53,859 nt of DNA, taken from the NCBI GenBank assembly GCA_026396285.1, contig JAPLXB010000024.1, positions 1 through 53,859 of the forward strand, given 5' to 3'. Below are positions 28,500 through 37,036 of the stretch, piece after piece; within the stretch, counting starts at the first letter, position 1, and each line of letters begins with the position of its first letter. The DNA comes from Candidatus Micrarchaeota archaeon (GTDB lineage: Archaea; Micrarchaeota; Micrarchaeia; Norongarragalinales; JAPLXB01). Below the pieces are notes generated by a model, which saw only the letters and a list, made by a program, of their open reading frames with translations, had not been told where the DNA came from and did not search any database. The translations under genes and the position numbers were made by a program.

Positions 28500-29474
28500 T
28501 TACGAGAGTATTTCGGCCGCGACCGCCAAGAGGTAAAGCAGCACAAGCACGGCGCCCTCTGTTTTTCCCAGCCTGCCCCTGAGGAGGAATATGAAAGAAA
28601 CCACCGTGACCGCCAAGAGCGCCGGCGCGGTTACCGTCGCGAAGCCGTTCGCCATCACTATCGGCTTCATTATTCCGAGCAACCCCAGCGTGACGAACAG
28701 GGTGAATATGTTGGAGCCTATGGACTGCGATACCGCGAGCTCGTCAAACCCCTTGCGGGTCGCCTGGAGCGCCACAGCGAGGTTGGGCAGGCTCGTGCCC
28801 AGCGCCCCGAGCGTGACGCCGATGAGCGCTTCGGAAACCCCGCTGATTCTCGCCAGGTCTATGAGGCCGCGGGCGAAGAACTCCGACCCAAGAAGCAGGA
28901 GGGCGCCGCCGATGACGAATATGTATATTCCGCTTCGGATGACTAGCGGGTCGCGGAGTTTTCCAAAAAGCACGAGGGTTTTGGAAATGCTCTTTATTTC
29001 CTTCTTGCGCTCCTTTTCCGCGAGGAGCTTTTCTTGCGTGTAGACGTTCGCCGCGTAAGGGATGAAGAGCAGGAGGAAGACGAGGCCGTCACTCCTGCTT
29101 ATGAGCGAGTCGTCGAACGCGAGGAGGGAAACGACGATCGTGGCAACAAGCATGAATATTCCATCCCTAGTGATTAAGTGGCGCGGAATCCGTATCGGCC
29201 GGATTATCGCCACGAGCCCGAGTATCAGCCCGAGGTTGACGATGACGGAGCCGAGCGCGACGCCGGCGCTGACCTGCTCGTGGCCCTTGGCAAAAGCGAG
29301 GGTTGACACGAGCAGTTCCGGGAGGCTGAGCAGTATGGAGACCAATATGAGGCCGACTGCAAGGTTGGTCGTGCCGAACCGGTTGGCGACGTGGACGGAC
29401 GAGTCCGTGACCCACTCCGCACCTTTGAGCAGAAGGTACGCGCCGGCAACCAGCGTGCATATTTCAAGCAGCAT
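28500..29474 (-). CDS. Calcium/sodium antiporter (YrbG/CaCA family)
   Basis: Two alpha repeats SLPELLVS...GSVIVN and GTSLPNLAV...GSNIF; about 10 TM helices. Confidence 0.9.
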   Translation of the reverse strand: MLLEICTLVAGAYLLLKGAEWVTDSSVHVANRFGTTNLAVGLILVSILLSLPELLVSTLAFAKGHEQVSAGVALGSVIVNLGLILGLVAIIRPIRIPRHLITRDGIFMLVATIVVSLLAFDDSLISRSDGLVFLLLFIPYAANVYTQEKLLAEKERKKEIKSISKTLVLFGKLRDPLVIRSGIYIFVIGGALLLLGSEFFARGLIDLARISGVSEALIGVTLGALGTSLPNLAVALQATRKGFDELAVSQSIGSNIFTLFVTLGLLGIMKPIVMANGFATVTAPALLAVTVVSFIFLLRGRLGKTEGAVLVLLYLLAVAAEILS

Positions 29475-29499
29475 CTAACCGCATCCCGTTTGTTGACAG

Positions 29500-29637
29500 T
29501 GCAGGGGGAGAGATTTGAACTCTCGAAGGGTCTAAACCCAAGGGATTTCAAAAACGGTTTCTTTTGGTGAAGCTTTTCTTTCCCAAAAGAAAAGGTTCTT
29601 TAAGTCCCTCCCATTTTCCAGGCTCTGGCACCCCTGC
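29500..29637 (-). tRNA. tRNA-Leu(UAA) with a 52-nt anticodon-loop intron (29547-29598)
   Basis: Acceptor stem GCAGGGG/CCCCTGC plus A73; anticodon stem AGGGA/TCCCT with CT-TAA-A; long variable arm GGGT-TTAG-ACCC; T arm GAGAG-TTCAAAT-CTCTC; spliced length 86 nt. Confidence 0.85.
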
Positions 29638-29730
29638 GTTAGAATCATGGGCGCCCGGGTTTAAAAGTTTCAGAGGCGCTGCCCGGGCGCTGAGTTCAGA
29701 AAGTGGAAGTGAGAACTGCGCGCGCCATCC

Positions 29731-30624
29731 TCAGGTTTTCGGGGGCGTTCCGCGAACGAAGCCAAGGGTTTTCCTCAGCGTTTCCTGGCGAATGAACTGG
29801 GTTATCAGTTCCTGGCGGCTGAGTTTCTGGCCGCCACCGGACTCGGCTTGGAGTGCAGCGTCCCTGAACAAGTGGCTGATGTTGGGAGCATAGTTTTCAA
29901 AGACTTCGTCGATTTTTTTCTCGTTCATTTCTAAAAGGCCGTATTGAGCTGCCATGAGCACTACTCTGGCGAGTTCGGTGGTCAGGAGGTCGACGAAGTG
30001 CAGCCGGTGTTCTGGAGTCACCAACAGTCTTGAGTCGATTGCGCGGGCGTCCTCCGCATCCAAGAAAGTGACCCCGCGGCTTTTCCGGTCATACATGATG
30101 TTTTCGAACTTGAAGTCGCCGAAGTAAGCGTGCTTGGAATGGACTTTCCCGACGCGTTCGACTATCTTCTTTAGGATTTTTTGTTTTTCCCCAACATCCA
30201 TTTTTTCAAGCACTTCCGGCGAGAGGATGACTCCTTTTTCATGCGCGAATAGCGTGTATGCCGCTGGCTTTTTTCCAGGCTGCCGCTCGATAAAAATCCC
30301 AACGGGCTTTTCGAACGGAATTCCGGTTAGAGCCTTGAATGCTTGCGTCTTCCGCATTTCCTCCAAGAATCCTCTGCTGACCGACCACTCCACGCGTCGT
30401 CTTGTCCCTATCTCTGTTCCCCATCCTTTCGTTCGCCTTTCCTTCGCCACCAGTTTTTCTCCCTTTGGCAGTGAAAAAAACAGTATCTGCCTGGTCGCCG
30501 CGGTGAAGGGCGTCCTTTCGGCCCCTTCCAGGTGCTGTGCAGTGATTTTCAGTCCAGAATCCTTGAGGAGCCAGAGGCGGGAGTTCGGCGCCCGTGTTTT
30601 GATGAAACCGGATTCAACGGGCAA
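29731..30624 (-). CDS. Protein-kinase-like fold orphan (Kdo/RIO/Bud32-like)
   Basis: LVAKE (ATP-binding Lys), FEKPVG, HSKHAYFGDFKFENIM catalytic loop, FLDAE in the DFG position. Confidence 0.65.
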   Translation of the reverse strand: MPVESGFIKTRAPNSRLWLLKDSGLKITAQHLEGAERTPFTAATRQILFFSLPKGEKLVAKERRTKGWGTEIGTRRRVEWSVSRGFLEEMRKTQAFKALTGIPFEKPVGIFIERQPGKKPAAYTLFAHEKGVILSPEVLEKMDVGEKQKILKKIVERVGKVHSKHAYFGDFKFENIMYDRKSRGVTFLDAEDARAIDSRLLVTPEHRLHFVDLLTTELARVVLMAAQYGLLEMNEKKIDEVFENYAPNISHLFRDAALQAESGGGQKLSRQELITQFIRQETLRKTLGFVRGTPPKT

Positions 30625-30628
30625 CGTT

Positions 30629-31357
30629 TCACCCGTACATCGGGCTTTTCTGGAATTCCTGGTAGTCCGTGTGCATTTTCTTCATTTTGTCGAACGCTTC
30701 CTTCATGCGTTCCTCGACCTTCTGCCCCTCGGCGACCAGGGGCTTGGTGTCTATCTTGACTCCGATGACTTCGCTGAGCTTGTCCAAGAGTTTTGCGCTG
30801 CCGCGCGGGTCGAACGGCGCGTTCGTCTGAATCATCAGGTTGGCTGCAGGGAATTTCTGGGACGCGCACTCCGCGATGAGCACTCCGGACACGCCTTGGG
30901 TGGCGCCCTCGCGAATGAGTTCAATGCCTTTTGCCTTTAGCGACTCCCCGATTTTGGGCGTGCTGGCGATGCCGTAAATCTTGTCAGCCGGCGACTCGGT
31001 GGCGATGCCTGCAAGGGAATAAAGCGTTGCAGCGTTTTTCTTCTTCGCCCACTCGATGATCGTTTCCGACAGGGGGTAAACGATTTCCGCCGGCACGACG
31101 AACTCCGAAAATAGGACGATGAGGTTGAGTTTTTTCGACGCATAGATGCGCGCGGGACTCACTGGCTTGTAGTCGTGTATTGCCGCAACCGGGGGAAAGT
31201 GGCTGCTTGCAAGGTAGCCAACGATTTTCATGCCCAGTTTTTCCGCGAGGTAGGACGCGGATATGGTCCCGACCATTCCGACGCCGGGAAAACCCTCGAT
31301 TATCACAGGGTTCTTGAGCTTGATTGGCTCCGTTTCCTTTATTTCCACGCGCGGCAT
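30629..31357 (-). CDS. PAC2-family proteasome assembly chaperone
   Basis: IIEGFPGVGMVGTI, SSHFPP, PARIY, GVSGVL, DPRGSA, ID.KPL..E; C-terminal HbYX-like MYG. Confidence 0.88.
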   Translation of the reverse strand: MPRVEIKETEPIKLKNPVIIEGFPGVGMVGTISASYLAEKLGMKIVGYLASSHFPPVAAIHDYKPVSPARIYASKKLNLIVLFSEFVVPAEIVYPLSETIIEWAKKKNAATLYSLAGIATESPADKIYGIASTPKIGESLKAKGIELIREGATQGVSGVLIAECASQKFPAANLMIQTNAPFDPRGSAKLLDKLSEVIGVKIDTKPLVAEGQKVEERMKEAFDKMKKMHTDYQEFQKSPMYG

Positions 31358-31401
31358 GCAACATTCAATTGCTCTGGATTTAAAATGATTGGGGGCCGGG
31401 G

Positions 31402-32232
31402 TCATGCGAAGAAATTGATTCCGCGCACTGCGGTGAAAAGAAGGAGCGTGATTGGGGCGAGGAATGCGAAGTAAATGACTGCTTTTTTGGCTTGGCCTTC
31501 TTGGGTGGCCACGAATGCGCTGGCGATTGCCGCGAATATTACGAGGTACGTTTGACTCGCCCACAACGCCGTGGCGTACAGTTCCCTGCGTTCTGCGGCG
31601 CCGGCGCCGAACCCGAGGCCTTCGTCAAAGTCGAGGGCGCCGACGATGTTCAGCACGAGCGCGAGGATTATCGGGACTAAGACGCATCCGCCTGCGAGGA
31701 GAGTGTACTTCTGCAGCGCGACCGCCGACGCGGCTTCTTTTCTCACTGACTGGAGGTCGAAAACGTCTTCCGCGACTTCCCTGAATGCCTTGCTCATGTC
31801 CGCGCCGCTATTGTAAGCCTCTATGAGCAGGGTGGCCGCGCGGTCCAGGAGGAGGGTCTTGTTTCTTTTCTTTAGTTCTTCGAGGGCGTCGGGAACGCTC
31901 ATTCCCGCGTTCACTAGCCTTTCGGTTTTCGCAAACTCCGCGCTCAGTTCACCGTAGTCGGATTTCGCGAGGGAACGGATTATCCTTTCCATGCTGGTCC
32001 TTTTCGGGAACGACGCGACTTGGAACAGCGCAGCCGGCAGCGTTTCCTCGATTTCCCTTGTTTTTTTCGCCGCATTGTATTCGTCGAAGAAGTAGAGGCA
32101 CGCCGGTGGCGCAAAGGCGGTGAGCGCCGCAATCAGGAGGGCGCTCATTGAAAGCGGCCGGATGAAATGAAGTTCAAGCACGGCTGCCGCGAGCGACGCG
32201 GCGGCGGCCGCGGCAATCGTCGTTTTTTTCAA
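31402..32232 (-). CDS. Type II secretion F-family (TadC/FlaJ-like) membrane platform protein
   Basis: EIEETLPAAL, YGELSAEF, GMSVPDAL, SGAD...VAED; TM helices. Confidence 0.85.
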   Translation of the reverse strand: MKKTTIAAAAAASLAAAVLELHFIRPLSMSALLIAALTAFAPPACLYFFDEYNAAKKTREIEETLPAALFQVASFPKRTSMERIIRSLAKSDYGELSAEFAKTERLVNAGMSVPDALEELKKRNKTLLLDRAATLLIEAYNSGADMSKAFREVAEDVFDLQSVRKEAASAVALQKYTLLAGGCVLVPIILALVLNIVGALDFDEGLGFGAGAAERRELYATALWASQTYLVIFAAIASAFVATQEGQAKKAVIYFAFLAPITLLLFTAVRGINFFA

Positions 32233-33083
32233 AAGCCCATCACCGCCGGAGTTTTTTTCTTCAAGTAGTATAGTATGGCGAGGTCCGCTGCCGGAAAGAA
32301 GACAATGAACGCGGCCGCAACCTGGACGGGAGTGAAAATTAGTTCCATGAACGAGCTGCCGACGATGACGTATGCGGAGAACAGGGCCGGCGCAATGCAG
32401 CTTACTGCAACGAACAACAGGCCGAAGAACGCCATTTTCGCGGCATACTCCCGCGCAGCGGTCTTGTGGAGGTTCGCGAGCTCGTCAGCCAGCTTCCTGA
32501 GCCCCTCGCTTCCAAGTCCCTGCTCGTATGTGAACGCCAGTTGCATCGCGGTCCTTTTCGCGAGCATCGAATCGGTCCTCTGCCCGAACGCCTTAAGCGC
32601 CTCGCTGACGCCCGAGCCCCCTTTTTCCACGTCAGCGACCACGCGCCTCATTTCCCTGCTAAGTTCGCCGTAGCCGCTTTTCGCGATTGTCCTTAGGGCG
32701 CGTTCGAACGGGGCGCCGATTGAAAGCTCGACCGCAATAGTCCTCAAGGCTATGGCGAGGTCCCTTTCAACAAGGGCGGCGCGGGCGCGTTTTCTTGAAA
32801 CAGGGTATCGGAGGGCAAGGGCAAGGAACGCGGCGAAAACGAGCGGCAGAATGGTGAGGGATTCCACCGGGCTTCCGATGGCGAGCAGTGCCAGCGCCGC
32901 CGCTGATGCCGCGAACAAGGCGGCTGTCAATGAGAAAGAAGCGTACTCGCCCGGTTCAACGCCAATCCCCGCCTGTGCCAGGTCTTTTCCGAGCCCGTGG
33001 CGGAATTGTTTTGAAAAAAGGGTTGAGAAGTCTGCCGCGCCCCCGACTTGTTTTACTATTTGCTCAATTTTCAAAAAAACCAC
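32229..33083 (-). CDS. Type II secretion F-family (TadB/C-like) membrane platform protein
   Basis: ERDLAIALRTIAVELSIGAPFERAL, YGELSREM, GVSEAL; overlaps the next gene. Confidence 0.85.
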   Translation of the reverse strand: MVFLKIEQIVKQVGGAADFSTLFSKQFRHGLGKDLAQAGIGVEPGEYASFSLTAALFAASAAALALLAIGSPVESLTILPLVFAAFLALALRYPVSRKRARAALVERDLAIALRTIAVELSIGAPFERALRTIAKSGYGELSREMRRVVADVEKGGSGVSEALKAFGQRTDSMLAKRTAMQLAFTYEQGLGSEGLRKLADELANLHKTAAREYAAKMAFFGLLFVAVSCIAPALFSAYVIVGSSFMELIFTPVQVAAAFIVFFPAADLAILYYLKKKTPAVMGF

Positions 33084-33104
33084 TGCATTGCCATCGCCAG
33101 GCAG

Positions 33105-34853
33105 TCACCAGTCTTGGACTTCCTTGGTGAATTCCGCGTAAGATGGTTTTTCCCCGGCCAGTGCCTTGAGCCTCTTGGCGCGGCGCTCGAGTTCCTTGCG
33201 CAGCTCGGCGGCGGTCATGCGGTGCGTATCCGCCGTTCTTTCAAACAAGTCGCTGTGGACTAATTTTTTCTCCAAAAAATCCTTTTTGTAGTCGTAGGAA
33301 AAGAGTTTCACGAGCCTTCCTCGGCTCATTTCGCAGAATTCGGTGGCGCGCCTGATTTCCTTTCCGCCCCTGCCTTCCCTAATCATTATCCTGCGCTGGA
33401 CCAGGATCAGGTCTATGGCATCCAGGTCCCCTTCGCGCGCGCCCAGTGCCTTGAGCCGGGTGACGGCTTCTTCGGCGGTGCCTGCATGGAATGTGGCGTA
33501 ACTGCCCCTGGCTTGGCCGGCGAGAAGCGAGTCAAAGAGCGCCTCCACTTCGTCGCGGCTCCTGACTTCGCCTATGACGACGCGGTCTGGCCGCATGCGC
33601 AGCGTGTCCTTGACAAGGTCCTTCATGGTTATTCCCGCGTCCTCGTTCGCGACTATCCTTATCCTGTGCTTGTGGGGGATGCTGATTTCAGGCGTTTCTT
33701 CTGTTATGACTATCCGGTCCGAAAGCGGGATGAACGAGAAGAGGGCGTTGAGCGTCGTCGTTTTGCCGGAGCTCGTGTTGCCGGCGATGAGGAGGGACGC
33801 GTCTCCGAACAGCACGAGGGAGAGGAAGGCGGCGAGTTCGGCGCTCATCGTCCTGTTGGCGACGAGGTCCGCGGGAGTAAACGGGTTTTTCCTGAACTTC
33901 CTTATGGTGAGTTCAACGCCTTCCACCGAGACAGGCGGGATGCTTGCGTGGAGCCTTGAGCCGTCGGGCAGCGTGGCGTTCAGCCGCGGGTTCTCAAAAG
34001 TGATTCTCCGGCCAAGCGGGCGCGCCATTTTGTTGATTAGGTTTGTCGCGAATTCCTCGCTCGTGAAATAGCAGTTCGTCTTCAGCCAGCCAAGTTCCCT
34101 GTGGAAAACGTAGGCGGGCCTGTTGGCGCCGAGGACGCTGATTTCCTCAATCGCATCGTCTTCAAGGAGCGGGTCGAGGGCGCCGTAGCCGAACGTGTTC
34201 GCTTCCGCGACTTCCACGATTTTTTCCCCCCGCTCCTTGTCGAGCAAAAGCCCGTATTCCTCGCACACTTCCTTGAGCAGCGACTTGAGTTTCCTTGAGA
34301 CGGCTTCCCTTGACGCCACCTCGTCACCGGCGCGTTCCCTGAACTCGGAAACGACCGCATGCAAGAGGTTTTCCTCCTTTGGCCTAAGTTCATGGAGGCG
34401 CCTGACCAGGTATAGGCCGTCGGCCGCAACGGTTTTTTTGTCCCCTGCTTTTTCCAGGATTTTCTTGTACGGCTCGCACTCGATGCGCCACCCGATTCCG
34501 TCGCGCTGGAGCGTCAGCGCGTTTTTCTTGCACGCCAGCACGCACCGCGCCTCGCCGTCGTTGGAGCACAAATCGCACTTGACCGCCTTTCCCGCCCTGC
34601 TTTCAACCATCGCGCCCCACGGGCACGCGAAGCACTTGCCGCAGCCCCCGCATTTTTCACCCACCGCCAGGAGCCCGGCTTTTTCCTCTATCGCCTGCTC
34701 GCCGCACGCCTCAAGGCAGGCCGCGTCCTCTTTGGAGCAGTGCCTGCAGTTGAAAATGCCTAGGGAAAGCGGTTTTTTCAGGCAGGCTTCCAGGCAGTCG
34801 CCGCATTCGTTGCACTTGTCCTTGTCCAGGAAAATGCGCAGGTAAATCACCAC
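33105..34853 (-). CDS. CpaF/VirB11/FlaI-family secretion ATPase with an N-terminal 16-Cys polyferredoxin domain
   Basis: GYGALDPLLEDD, LPDGSR, TIRKF, Walker A GNTSSGKTT, LRMRPDRVVIGEVR, ATFHA; N-terminal CxxCxxCxxxC-type clusters. Confidence 0.9.
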   Translation of the reverse strand: MVIYLRIFLDKDKCNECGDCLEACLKKPLSLGIFNCRHCSKEDAACLEACGEQAIEEKAGLLAVGEKCGGCGKCFACPWGAMVESRAGKAVKCDLCSNDGEARCVLACKKNALTLQRDGIGWRIECEPYKKILEKAGDKKTVAADGLYLVRRLHELRPKEENLLHAVVSEFRERAGDEVASREAVSRKLKSLLKEVCEEYGLLLDKERGEKIVEVAEANTFGYGALDPLLEDDAIEEISVLGANRPAYVFHRELGWLKTNCYFTSEEFATNLINKMARPLGRRITFENPRLNATLPDGSRLHASIPPVSVEGVELTIRKFRKNPFTPADLVANRTMSAELAAFLSLVLFGDASLLIAGNTSSGKTTTLNALFSFIPLSDRIVITEETPEISIPHKHRIRIVANEDAGITMKDLVKDTLRMRPDRVVIGEVRSRDEVEALFDSLLAGQARGSYATFHAGTAEEAVTRLKALGAREGDLDAIDLILVQRRIMIREGRGGKEIRRATEFCEMSRGRLVKLFSYDYKKDFLEKKLVHSDLFERTADTHRMTAAELRKELERRAKRLKALAGEKPSYAEFTKEVQDW

Positions 34854-35173
34854 GACAGGCGCGCGCCCGCCTTGACTTTCGCCAGGCCCGCCGGCACTTC
34901 AATAAGGTATTTGGCCGGCTTGGACGGGGTGACGAACGAGAACGGCTTGACTCGCCGGATTTCCACGACCTTGCGGCCGGCGTCGAGGAAAACCGCGTCG
35001 AACTCCGGGCAGAAGAGGGAGTGGATCGAGTTGGCGGCCCTCGCTTCTGCGGCGAATTCAAAAAACACGGGCGCGAATTTCTTTTCCCTGAACATTATGC
35101 CGACCGCTTTTTTCAGGACGGAGCCCGCTGGTTCGGCGCGCCACAGTTTTTTTTTGCCAACCCGGATTTCCAA
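34847..35173 (-). CDS. DUF192-family-like protein
   Basis: KAVGIMF, IHSLFCPEFDAVFLD..RKVV, KYLIEVPAG pattern; TTG start estimated. Confidence 0.7.
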   Translation of the reverse strand: MEIRVGKKKLWRAEPAGSVLKKAVGIMFREKKFAPVFFEFAAEARAANSIHSLFCPEFDAVFLDAGRKVVEIRRVKPFSFVTPSKPAKYLIEVPAGLAKVKAGARLSW

Positions 35174-35269
35174 GGTAAACGCCTCCCAAAGGGATTTAAA
35201 ACAGGGATGAGAGTTTGATTCATAAGCCTTTCCGCTTTTTTGCAAAAATTCTAACAAGCGGTTTTTTCA

Positions 35270-35959
35270 ATGGATTTGGAGAGCGTCGCCATAATTCCGG
35301 ACGGCAACCGCCGCTACAGCAAGAAGCACGAGTTGTCGCTCCATGCCGCTTACCTGGCTGGTTTCAAGAAAGCGCAGCAGGCGGCCGAGTGGGCGCGCGA
35401 CGAGGGACTGGACAAGATGAGTTTCTGGGCGTTGAGCCTCGAAAACTACCAGAAGCGGTCAAAAACCGAGCTCCGGCTGCTGTTTGAACTGATGTCGCGG
35501 CAGGTGCAGGAAGCGATTTCGTCGCAAAAAACCCGGGATGGCCCGCGGATAAGGTTCGCCGGCAGACTTGACCTGCTGCCGTCAAGGCTTTCCAGCCAGA
35601 TGAGTGCGCTGGAGGAGAGGACGCGGGACAACAAGGACGAGCTTGTCGTCGCAGTCGCATACAGCGGACGCGAGGAACTCGTTAACGCGGCGAAAAAGCT
35701 CGCTGAAGACGTCGCCAGGGGAAGGGTGAATGCCGCCGAAGTGAACGAGGACACGTTTTCAAAATACCTTTACCTGAATTACTCGCCCGACCTAGTGATT
35801 CGCACCGGCGGCGTCACGCGCCTGAGCGGTTTCCTTCCGTTCCAGACCGCATACAGCGAACTCTATTTCTCGAAAAGGCTGTGGCCGGAGTTTTCGCGCG
35901 CGGACTTCAGGAAAGCAGTGGAGCATTATTACGCTGTCGAGCGGCGGTTTGGGAAATAA
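35270..35959 (+). CDS. uppS: cis-Prenyltransferase (undecaprenyl/polyprenyl diphosphate synthase)
   Basis: AIIPDGNRR, ALSLEN..R, AYSGREEL, PDLVIRTGG..RLSGFL, YSELYF, WPEF, RRFG. Confidence 0.95.
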   Translation: MDLESVAIIPDGNRRYSKKHELSLHAAYLAGFKKAQQAAEWARDEGLDKMSFWALSLENYQKRSKTELRLLFELMSRQVQEAISSQKTRDGPRIRFAGRLDLLPSRLSSQMSALEERTRDNKDELVVAVAYSGREELVNAAKKLAEDVARGRVNAAEVNEDTFSKYLYLNYSPDLVIRTGGVTRLSGFLPFQTAYSELYFSKRLWPEFSRADFRKAVEHYYAVERRFGK

Positions 35960-35975
35960 CTCGCGCGGCGCCGGC

Positions 35976-36938
35976 TCACTTGAAAACCGTCATCGCCACC
36001 AGGATGATTATCGCCGCAACGACGACGATGGCGCCCCAGGTCATCATGTTCTTGAGCCACCATTCCTCCTCTCCTTTTCCGCCGCCCCCTCCGGGAGCGC
36101 CCGGCATGTAAATGCTGATTGGCGCGATGCGGATTGTTTTTTCAACCGCGACTTTTTCTTTCTCTTTATCCTTCTCTTCCGGTTTTTCCTCATCTTCCTC
36201 TTTTTCCTTCTCAACCGCTTTTTTGGCTTGCTGGATTATTTTTATGTTCACGGAACCGCCGCGCGCGACTGCTTTCGCGCCCCCGCCCCCATGCGCCTCG
36301 GATTTCGATTTTGCCTCTGTTTTGGCCGCTTCGGCGCCGCCCCTGGCCTTTCCTTTTCCGCGGTCTGCCTCGATTTTTTTGACGCGCTCTATTATCGCCG
36401 TCAACCGCTCCTCGTGCACTGCGATTTTTTCACTGATTTTCGACGGCAGCTTACTTTGGTTTTCACGGAGTCTCGCGAGCTCCTGCCTTATTTTTTCCAG
36501 GCTTTTTTCAATGGCGGCGCTTTTCCTCTGCTGGTAGTCCTTCATTCCAGGCGCGATTTTCCTTATCTTTTCGAGTTTTTTCAACTCGGTTTCGTTGAGC
36601 ACGAGCCCCTGTTCGATGCGCTGCGCGATGTTAACGTGCATTGCCTTATGGGCCAGGTAGTCCTTCAGTTCCTTTTCCACTACTTCCTTGAATTGCATGG
36701 GTTTTGCGCCGTGCGTCCGCCATTGTGGCTCGAGGCCCGAGAAGAAGTTGGTGAAGTGGCTGTCGAGCAGCCTGCGCAGCTCCGGGTTCGCTTTTTCCCT
36801 TTCCGCGACTTTCATCCACTGGGGGCCGAAGTTGTCGCTCAGCGCGTGGTCAGTGAGCCTGCGGCCGACGCTCTCGTAGTTCTCTAGCCCGAGCCGGTTC
36901 GTCCACTTCCCGGCCTCCCTGAACCTGAATTCAACCAT
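35976..36938 (-). CDS. Tail-anchored charged coiled-coil orphan protein
   Basis: Lys/Glu-rich helical body, Gly linkers, a single C-terminal TM; divergent from the pilus ATPase. Confidence 0.65.
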   Translation of the reverse strand: MVEFRFREAGKWTNRLGLENYESVGRRLTDHALSDNFGPQWMKVAEREKANPELRRLLDSHFTNFFSGLEPQWRTHGAKPMQFKEVVEKELKDYLAHKAMHVNIAQRIEQGLVLNETELKKLEKIRKIAPGMKDYQQRKSAAIEKSLEKIRQELARLRENQSKLPSKISEKIAVHEERLTAIIERVKKIEADRGKGKARGGAEAAKTEAKSKSEAHGGGGAKAVARGGSVNIKIIQQAKKAVEKEKEEDEEKPEEKDKEKEKVAVEKTIRIAPISIYMPGAPGGGGGKGEEEWWLKNMMTWGAIVVVAAIIILVAMTVFK

Positions 36939-37036
36939 GAATCCACCAGCAAAATTGGGTTCGCCTTATTTAAAGCCCTTTATACGTTTTCTCCGCCGGT
37001 TTTTAAAAACAAGCCAGTGATGGATATGGGTTTAGC

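Noticed and set aside
29500-29637. Calling this tRNA Ser(UGA)
   Set aside because: Discriminator A73 and the GCAGGGG acceptor stem fit Leu, and canonical 37/38 splicing gives UAA.
29564-29893. 109-aa + strand ORF
   Set aside because: Antisense to tRNA-Leu and the kinase-like gene.
29640-30624. Integrated element at tRNA-Leu
   Set aside because: No integrase and no duplicated tRNA end (att site) seen.
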